Source: Candidatus Aenigmatarchaeota archaeon (GTDB lineage: Archaea > Aenigmatarchaeota > Aenigmatarchaeia > QMZS01). Taken from it: 39,900 nucleotides of DNA. The stretch is taken from contig QMZS01000001.1 of the NCBI GenBank assembly GCA_003663295.1, positions 1 through 39,900 on the forward strand, in the 5' to 3' direction. The position numbers and the translations under genes were made by a program. The notes beneath the pieces were generated by a model that saw only the letters and a list, made by a program, of their open reading frames with translations, made no database searches and was not told the DNA's origin. Shown here piece after piece: positions 33,767 to 39,900 of the stretch; position 1 is the stretch's first letter; the number at the start of each line of letters is the position of its first letter.

Positions 33767-33774
33767 CCCCCCCC
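33767..33774. repeat. C8 (G8 on the coding strand) homopolymer just 5' of the orphan surface ORF
   Basis: Read directly (tcatcgCCCCCCCCgattta). This is an unusually long G/C run in a visibly AT-rich sequence. Confidence 0.9.
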
Positions 33775-33933
33775 GATTTAAATTTAATTGGGAAAATCTC
33801 AAGGTTCTCATAATTATATTTTCATTTATATGAATTACTCAATTAAGCAGAGTTCTGGATATATCAATAAAACCAAGTGTCATTTACAAACAAATAACCC
33901 AAGATATCATTCTATAATTAAATACTAAATTAT

Positions 33934-34101
33934 GGGCCTGTAGCTCAATGAAACTGTAAACCAGATAACAGTTTTGGGCAATTGGATAGAGCACTGGACT
34001 TCGGATCCAGGTGTTGGGGGTTCGAGTGAGCCCTTTATTTTAAAAAGAAAAATAATTAAATGCAACGAAAAGAAAGGTCTCTGAAAATCCTCCCAGGCTC
34101 A
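33934..34101 (+). tRNA. tRNA-Arg (anticodon UCG) with putative D-loop and T-loop introns
   Basis: Acceptor GGGCCUG (33934-40) pairs with CAGGCUC (34094-34100). Discriminator A is at 34101. D-stem GCUC (33943-46) with GAGC (33989-33992). Anticodon arm CUGGA CUUCGGA UCCAG (33994-34010). Variable loop GUGUU. T-stem GGGGG (34016-20) with CCUCC (34089-93). T-loop UUCGA...AU is split by ~61 nt (34026-34086). The D-loop is split by ~33 nt (~33950-33982), which contains a 7-bp hairpin AAACUGU/ACAGUUU. Confidence 0.8.
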
Positions 34102-34161
34102 TTTTAAACTTAATTAATCTGGATTATAAATCTCAATATTAATAAAAATCCAATATCAATT

Positions 34162-35550
34162 ATGAAAAAATTTACATATTCAATACTTTTGATGTTAGTG
34201 GCTTTATCAGCAGTAATAGGTCTAAGCATCACCAATACATATGTGTTAAAAAATAATCCTGAAAATCTGGAAGTAACCGTATATAATTCGAACCTTGGAG
34301 TGATTAAGGAACTAAGAACGCAATACCTGAACACAGGAACTAACCATCTTCTTTATGAAGGAGTTGCCTCAAAGATTGACCCAACATCTGTAAAAATAAA
34401 ATCAATAAATGGAAATGTGGAAATAATCGAACAAAATTACAGGTATGATTTAATAAGCAAATCTAAAATCTTGCAAAGATATATTGGCAAAAATATAACC
34501 GCATATCAGACTTACGGAGACAAAAAAGAAATTGTGGAGGGGACTTTATTAAGCTACAGCAATAATCAACTAGTATTAAAAACCCGGGAAGGAATAAAAT
34601 TATTTTCTTCGGATGATCTTGACCTGCAGGAATTACCTGAAGGTTTGATAACAGTTCCAACTCTTGACTGGCAAATATACACCGAAGAAGAAAAAACACA
34701 TAATCTGGAAATGTCTTATATGACTTCCGGGATGAGTTGGAAAGCTGACTATGTTGCAACAATAAATAAAGATGACACAAAACTGGATTTCAATGGTTGG
34801 GTAACAGTGACAAATAATGCTGGAACAACATTTAAAAACACTTCATTAAAACTGGTCGCCGGAGATGTAAATAGGGTAACCACACCAAGAGGGTATTCAG
34901 ATAATACGGTCTATGCTGAAAAATCCAGTGGTGGTGGAAGCAGTTTTGAAGAAGAAAATTTGTTTGAATACTATATGTACACACTACAGAGAAGAACAAC
35001 CCTAAACAATAATGAACAAAAACAGATTTCTTTCATCGACTCAGAAAATATTAATGTTGAAAAAGAATTTGTGTATGAAAATAACCGGTGGTATGGAAGC
35101 AACAAAAAAATAAATGTTATGCTTAACTTCGATAATACTAAAATCAATAACCTGGGCATTCCACTCCCAAAAGGAACAATAAAAATCTTCAAAAAGGACA
35201 ATGAAGGAAAACTTCAGTTCATAGGAGAAGATGGGATTGACCACACACCAAAAGATGAAACCCTGAGACTGCTTGTAGGGCAGGCATTTGATATTGTGGG
35301 TGAAAGAACGCAAGTGGATTATAATAAATTAGCGGGATGGTATGAATATAAATGGAAAGTAACTCTAAAAAACCACAAAGACGAAAATATTGAAGTCACA
35401 GTTCTTGAGAATACTGGAGGTGATTGGGAAATTGTTAACGAAAATTACCCGCACACCAAAGAATCAAATTATAAATTGAAATGGAAGATTCCCGTAACAG
35501 CAAATTCCGAGTCTAATTTGGAATACACAATCAGGTACAAACGCTGGTAA
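34162..35550 (+). CDS. secreted/membrane-anchored DUF4139-like protein
   Basis: N-terminal signal/anchor (MKKFTYSILLMLVALSAVIGL). VTVYNSNLGVIKELRTQYLNTGTNHLLYEGVASKIDPTSVKIKS...IEQNYRYD matches my recollection of the DUF4140/DUF4139 (MuiA-like) pattern. Confidence 0.6.
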   Translation: MKKFTYSILLMLVALSAVIGLSITNTYVLKNNPENLEVTVYNSNLGVIKELRTQYLNTGTNHLLYEGVASKIDPTSVKIKSINGNVEIIEQNYRYDLISKSKILQRYIGKNITAYQTYGDKKEIVEGTLLSYSNNQLVLKTREGIKLFSSDDLDLQELPEGLITVPTLDWQIYTEEEKTHNLEMSYMTSGMSWKADYVATINKDDTKLDFNGWVTVTNNAGTTFKNTSLKLVAGDVNRVTTPRGYSDNTVYAEKSSGGGSSFEEENLFEYYMYTLQRRTTLNNNEQKQISFIDSENINVEKEFVYENNRWYGSNKKINVMLNFDNTKINNLGIPLPKGTIKIFKKDNEGKLQFIGEDGIDHTPKDETLRLLVGQAFDIVGERTQVDYNKLAGWYEYKWKVTLKNHKDENIEVTVLENTGGDWEIVNENYPHTKESNYKLKWKIPVTANSESNLEYTIRYKRW

Positions 35551-35646
35551 ACTATTTTTTAATTTTTTTGTATATTTTAATTTATAATTCATTCTTTCTA
35601 ATTCAAAAACCAGGAATATTAATTTAAAAATGATTTTGACATTCAA

Positions 35647-36270
35647 TTACAAATCAAAAACCCCAACCCAGGCTTTCTTCAGGTTTTCATCCCCAAGGAA
35701 AAAAGGGTAATTTAATTTTTCAAGTTCTCTCAATAAATTGTCCAACCCCTGAACTTTTACAAGTTCAAGAAGCGATTTTATTTCCCCTTCCTCGCCAATC
35801 TTTTTGAAAATTAAATGATAGGAATAAAACTCAAGATATTCTTCTTTTGAAACGCTCTCAGTTTTATAAATCTTCTTTGAAATTTTCTCAAGGAAAAATC
35901 TGTGCATATCCTGCTTAAACCCATACTTGACAGCTTTCAAATCAGCAAAAAAGTTCTGCACAAATTCAACAAGTTTTGGAACTTCAAGTTTCTCTTTAAT
36001 TTCCTGGTTCACTTTTTCTTTTTCATCAATCAACATAAAAACAAACCTTGCGAAATACCCGTTAAATAAAAAATTATGTTCAAGAATCCTGCTTTCAGGA
36101 TTGATAATAATTTCCATATCTTCGTCTGCTTCACCTCCAATAAAATCGGTCTTGTAGCTGGTTGATATTTTTATGTGATTGAATCTAAGGGGGTAATCAA
36201 TTTTTGAAAAAAGATTTTTCACAGAATTTTTTAATTGTTCGTTTTCTATATCCAGACGTAGTTTAGTCAT
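35647..36270 (-). CDS. hypothetical protein (207 aa)
   Basis: ATG-initiated ORF downstream of rpl23 on the same strand. No recognisable motif. Confidence 0.5.
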   Translation of the reverse strand: MTKLRLDIENEQLKNSVKNLFSKIDYPLRFNHIKISTSYKTDFIGGEADEDMEIIINPESRILEHNFLFNGYFARFVFMLIDEKEKVNQEIKEKLEVPKLVEFVQNFFADLKAVKYGFKQDMHRFFLEKISKKIYKTESVSKEEYLEFYSYHLIFKKIGEEGEIKSLLELVKVQGLDNLLRELEKLNYPFFLGDENLKKAWVGVFDL

Positions 36271-36375
36271 AATTATATATAATTATAGTGATTATATAAT
36301 CCTTTGAATAGAATTTAAAACCAAACTTAAATAAAACTCATTGAAAATCGGTTTCAATATTTAGATAAATATTAA

Positions 36376-36651
36376 TTAAATAATTCCCAACTTAACCCCA
36401 ATATCTCCGGCAGAGAATTCAGAGTTTAGTTTTAATATTGCTCTCTTTGCTCCTTTTCTTGTAATCAATATATTTACTTTGTCTAATTTTACTTTGAACT
36501 CCTCTTCAAAACTTTCCTTAACATCTTCTCTCCAGATATCCAACCCTTTTAGCTGAAATACCAACTTATTCTCATCTTCGATCAATCTTACGGCTTTCTC
36601 TGAAGTTACCGGGTAATCAACTAAATCCCAAAAATTAATTTCGTCCATCAT
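36376..36651 (-). CDS. rpl23: 50S ribosomal protein uL23
   Basis: PVTSEKAVRLIEDENKLVFQL...FKVKLDKVNILITRKGAKRAILKL matches uL23. ATGA overlap with the rpl4 stop. Confidence 0.85.
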   Translation of the reverse strand: MMDEINFWDLVDYPVTSEKAVRLIEDENKLVFQLKGLDIWREDVKESFEEEFKVKLDKVNILITRKGAKRAILKLNSEFSAGDIGVKLGII

Positions 36652-37445
36652 ATTAATTTATTTGTCTGCTCAACAGCGGATTTTGTCCATAATGTAAGTC
36701 TTCCAGGTATTGTTCCTGGGGCAAGTTTCTCAACATTCAATTCACTAACAAGAGATACATCAACACCTTCTATATTTCTTGCTGCTTTCTGTAATTCGCA
36801 TTTATCAGATACAACAATTAAAGTGGATTTCTTCTTTTTGTACTTTCTTCCCCGTGTTTTTCCTCTTCCTGCCCTGACTTTTTTCTCTTTTGCCCTCTCA
36901 AGTTCTTTTTCAAGACCTAATAACCCTAAAGCAGAAAACACTTCTTTGGTTTTCTGTATACTAGAAAAATCATCAGAGATTATCAAAGGCACCTCATTCA
37001 AATTATCAATTTTATGACCTCTCTTTAATATTAATTCTTTATTTACTGAAGCTGAAATGGCTGAATAAAGAGCGAGTTTCCTCTCTTTTTTATTCATTTC
37101 TCTCCCAAAATTCCTCTCCGCTTTCGGAGGATGGGCTTTTCTACCTTTTATTACCTGAGGAGCTTCTCTTGCCCTGAATAACATAGGTCCCTGACCATGA
37201 ATCCTTGGTAATCTCGCCATTTCTCTTCCGGCCATTCTTGCGTGAGTATAAGCTGTAGAACTGCCATGATAATGCGCGCTTGTCCTTAAACCAGCAAGCT
37301 TATCTGCCCCATATTTTTGCCTTCTGTTTGCCTGTGAGATGACAACTGCTTTTTTTATTAAATCCTCTCTTAAAGGGTAATTAAACACTTTGCCTAATTG
37401 TACAGTCCCCTGTTTTTCCCCTTTCATTGAATATACATCTACCAT
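36648..37445 (-). CDS. rpl4: 50S ribosomal protein uL4
   Basis: VYSMKGEKQGTVQLGKVF...REDLIKKAV...QANRRQKYGADKLAGLRTSAHYHGSS...ARLPRIHGQGP...KERKLALYSAISAS matches archaeal uL4 (L1e). Confidence 0.85.
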   Translation of the reverse strand: MVDVYSMKGEKQGTVQLGKVFNYPLREDLIKKAVVISQANRRQKYGADKLAGLRTSAHYHGSSTAYTHARMAGREMARLPRIHGQGPMLFRAREAPQVIKGRKAHPPKAERNFGREMNKKERKLALYSAISASVNKELILKRGHKIDNLNEVPLIISDDFSSIQKTKEVFSALGLLGLEKELERAKEKKVRAGRGKTRGRKYKKKKSTLIVVSDKCELQKAARNIEGVDVSLVSELNVEKLAPGTIPGRLTLWTKSAVEQTNKLI

Positions 37446-37516
37446 AACTTTCTTAAATAAATTTTAAAATAACCTATATTACTGAAAGTTCTATTTGTAT
37501 AAACCTAGAGACTATT

Positions 37517-39900
37517 ATGGGTAATCAATCTTTTAAAGGGTTTTCTCCTAATTCAACAAAATACACCCATTACCTTAAAATTTCGATTATTTTGATGTTT
37601 TTAATAATTTTGCCCACCTGCTCTGTAATTCTGGCCTCTCCAGCAACATACCTTACAGAAATAGCTACTGCAGAATTTGACCATAATGGAACACTTATAA
37701 CCCGGGCAAATCTTGGTTATGTTGAAGTAGAATTATTCAATACAGAAGATGTTCTCCAAAACATAGAACTCATTTTATCAAATATAATTGGAACAAACTT
37801 AGTTGACCGTGAAGCCTACGCAGCAGTTGCTGCCTCCCCTTCAAGCGGCGATAGGACAAGATTATATTTGGATACAACTGAAAGTGAAGAAACAATTTAT
37901 TACAGATTTAATAATGCGCCTCTCGTAACAATAAATATTAACTACTGGAACGAAATTGGAGGGAAAGACCTTGCTCCTGAAAACAACACAATTAATTTTG
38001 AAATCTTCCTGAACGCAAGTGAATCTCTAAATAATACAGAATTCGGTCTAAGAATAAATAGAGATGCTTCGGGAACAAATGATTCTATGAATATCCTGAC
38101 AGTGGATGCAGATTCAGGAACGGTTTCTTTGGTGGATAGCGACTTTGATGGTTTTAATGATATTATTCAATGGAATGGCAACCTGAATCCAAATGTAAAA
38201 ATAAATTTTACAAGTGAAATAATCCAAAATATAAATTATCCTGAAAACCACTTGATGATTGATATTGACTCGCATGAAAGTTCTCTTAATCATTATAAAT
38301 CAGGAACCTTTACAGGAATCACATTTTCAACCAGACTTGCAAAAGGTCCTGTAAGACAAGGGTTGCGTATAATAGCAAAAGAAACAAACTGGACGATAAT
38401 GGGTTTTATGAAAAATATAGCAAACGGACTTGTATATGAAGTCTATAACTGGAATATTTACAAAGTGCTTAACAATGGTTCTCTTGAAAACACTTCTGTA
38501 TTATCCAGTCCAATAAAAAAAGACTTTCTTTACCCAGGAGGTATGACAATCACGCAACTTGACTGTGAGGATAATTCCACCAACTGCACAGATATCTATG
38601 ATACCGGAATTCCAATAACCTCCATTGAAAAGCCAACAGCACCAAATATATACTATGCACCTTCCTTTAACTGGAGTATTAAATGGGGCATCTCAGATTA
38701 CTTTGGGATTATTAATGAAAAAGTAAATCTCCCTATTTTTTACCAGATGGATGTTGAACTGGACAAAAGAATAAATCTTATTTGTAATGATGAAACCAAA
38801 AGGCTTCTCAGTATTGAAGATGAAATAAAACATCTTGGACATGCAACCCTGCAACTTGCAAATATCAGCATAAATATTACTGGATTGGATGGATGGGAGA
38901 ATTCAACTCCGGAAATTTTTTATGTAAATAACACAAATGAAACAAAGATAACTAATTACACCTGCCTGCGAACCGGCGATATTCTGACAATAAATATACC
39001 ATCAACCACCTCAGAAAAAATTCAAGTAAATGAGTTTATTTTGATTAAATACAATCTCTCCCGTGGTCCTGAAATCTCTGACCATACATATAATTTTGGG
39101 TTAAATACAATAGTCACGACAAAAAGCGGAACTCCTGTAGAAAAAAATTTGAGTGAGAATATTACGGTACCTGGACTTAAAAAAGAAGGTGGGGGAAGTA
39201 GTGGCGGAGGTGGTGGGGGTAGTATGTTCGAAACAAAAGATTTCATAGATATTCTAAAAATAAGAGCCACCAATAAATTTATAACTGCGGCTCTGATTGA
39301 AAATGAAATATCATTTAAAATAATTGATGCAGGAAACAAAGGAATCAGAGATCCAATATTTTTCATTTATCTGCCTGAAAAATCAAAGATGTACTTGGAC
39401 AAAGCAAATGTCTTCCTGTTAAGAAATAACAGAAAAGAAAAATTAAATGTTGAAATTAAAAAAACAGGTAATAAAATAATAGGTTCAGGAAGTTACACTG
39501 AATATGTGGTTCAAAAAATAACAGGATCTACAGAAATATTTGCGCTTGAGAATGAAGATATCTTAATTATTAATTACAGGGCATATATTCCTTTAGGCAC
39601 CAGTAAAATTATAACTCGTTTATACGGATATAATTATTACGATGACATCCATATGTTTGAAGATGCAATTACAAAAATAAGGAGAGAATATTGGAAACTT
39701 CAGAACCTCGAGATAAAAGAGAGTAATTTTGAAACCAACAAAATATTTGTTGGAAAACCTGTGGCTTGGATTAAAACCATAGAAATTTATAATCCAAATG
39801 ATAGGGTGGTAAAAGAAATGTATACATCAAAAATCCTGTCTGACCGGCTAAACAGTAAAGTAAAAGAATCAAAAAACGGGAGCACCTATGACATTCCAAT
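37517..39900 (+). CDS. large secreted/surface protein, 5' partial (open to the window edge); absent from the ORF track
   Basis: ATG at 37517. I translated the frame by hand to 39900 without meeting a stop (more than 790 codons). N-terminal hydrophobic segment (ISIILMFLIILPTCSVILA), many N-x-S/T sequons, and a Gly/Ser linker GGGSSGGGGGGS (~39189-39225). Confidence 0.7.
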   Translation, partial: MGNQSFKGFSPNSTKYTHYLKISIILMFLIILPTCSVILASPATYLTEIATAEFDHNGTLITRANLGYVEVELFNTEDVLQNIELILSNIIGTNLVDREAYAAVAASPSSGDRTRLYLDTTESEETIYYRFNNAPLVTININYWNEIGGKDLAPENNTINFEIFLNASESLNNTEFGLRINRDASGTNDSMNILTVDADSGTVSLVDSDFDGFNDIIQWNGNLNPNVKINFTSEIIQNINYPENHLMIDIDSHESSLNHYKSGTFTGITFSTRLAKGPVRQGLRIIAKETNWTIMGFMKNIANGLVYEVYNWNIYKVLNNGSLENTSVLSSPIKKDFLYPGGMTITQLDCEDNSTNCTDIYDTGIPITSIEKPTAPNIYYAPSFNWSIKWGISDYFGIINEKVNLPIFYQMDVELDKRINLICNDETKRLLSIEDEIKHLGHATLQLANISINITGLDGWENSTPEIFYVNNTNETKITNYTCLRTGDILTINIPSTTSEKIQVNEFILIKYNLSRGPEISDHTYNFGLNTIVTTKSGTPVEKNLSENITVPGLKKEGGGSSGGGGGGSMFETKDFIDILKIRATNKFITAALIENEISFKIIDAGNKGIRDPIFFIYLPEKSKMYLDKANVFLLRNNRKEKLNVEIKKTGNKIIGSGSYTEYVVQKITGSTEIFALENEDILIINYRAYIPLGTSKIITRLYGYNYYDDIHMFEDAITKIRREYWKLQNLEIKESNFETNKIFVGKPVAWIKTIEIYNPNDRVVKEMYTSKILSDRLNSKVKESKNGSTYDIP

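Noticed and set aside
39022-39366. 114-aa minus-strand ORF with a striking PPPPPLLPPP run.
   Set aside because: It is the reverse complement of the GGGSSGGGGGGS linker within the long open + strand frame (37517 to beyond 39900). It is a shadow ORF, not a proline-rich protein gene.
1-39900. Looked for CRISPR arrays, IS/transposase or integrase genes, reverse transcriptase/DGR template-variable repeat pairs near the surface-protein genes, and rRNA genes.
   Set aside because: I noticed no regularly spaced direct repeats, no recognisable transposase, integrase or RT motifs in any ORF, and no rRNA-like sequence. Long-range nucleotide repeats other than the DUF116 pair and the intragenic module duplication were not apparent by eye. 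A computational self-dot-plot would be more sensitive.

Overview
Visibly AT-rich archaeal chromosomal segment. Archaeal markers are aEF-1alpha, eL31, uS2, uL4/uL23, RpoK, archaeal-type TyrRS and class I LysRS. Tight gene packing and multi-intron tRNA genes fit a small-genome, DPANN-like archaeon, but that lineage call is inference. Contents: (1) Housekeeping translation and transcription genes. (2) A ~9 kb neighbourhood (11.2-20.1 kb) holding nearly the whole lower archaeal-type mevalonate pathway: mevalonate kinase, aconitase-X-type dehydratase large and small subunits, UbiD-type decarboxylase, UbiX, isopentenyl phosphate kinase and an IDI-like Nudix protein. Uncharacterised genes are interleaved. 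(3) Very large surface proteins rich in N-x-S/T sequons. Two adjacent giant ORFs share one frame and are separated only by a TAG. A third giant ORF runs off the 3' edge and is missing from the ORF track. (4) Decay or rearrangement signatures: a class II LysRS without its anticodon-binding domain abutting an SDR gene fragment (an intact class I LysRS lies 21 kb away), a CYTH gene with two in-frame TAA codons, and a P-loop ATPase with one in-frame TAA. (5) Two tRNA genes, tRNA-His(GUG) and tRNA-Arg(UCG), each apparently interrupted by two introns, including non-canonical D-loop and T-loop positions. (6) A compact co-directional cassette (membrane protein, tiny 2-TM protein, Pol-beta-type nucleotidyltransferase, PhnP-like MBL hydrolase) that may be a nucleotide-based accessory module; this is speculative. 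I recognised no CRISPR array, transposase, integrase or rRNA. All functional calls come from reading motifs in the translations by eye; no database search was run.
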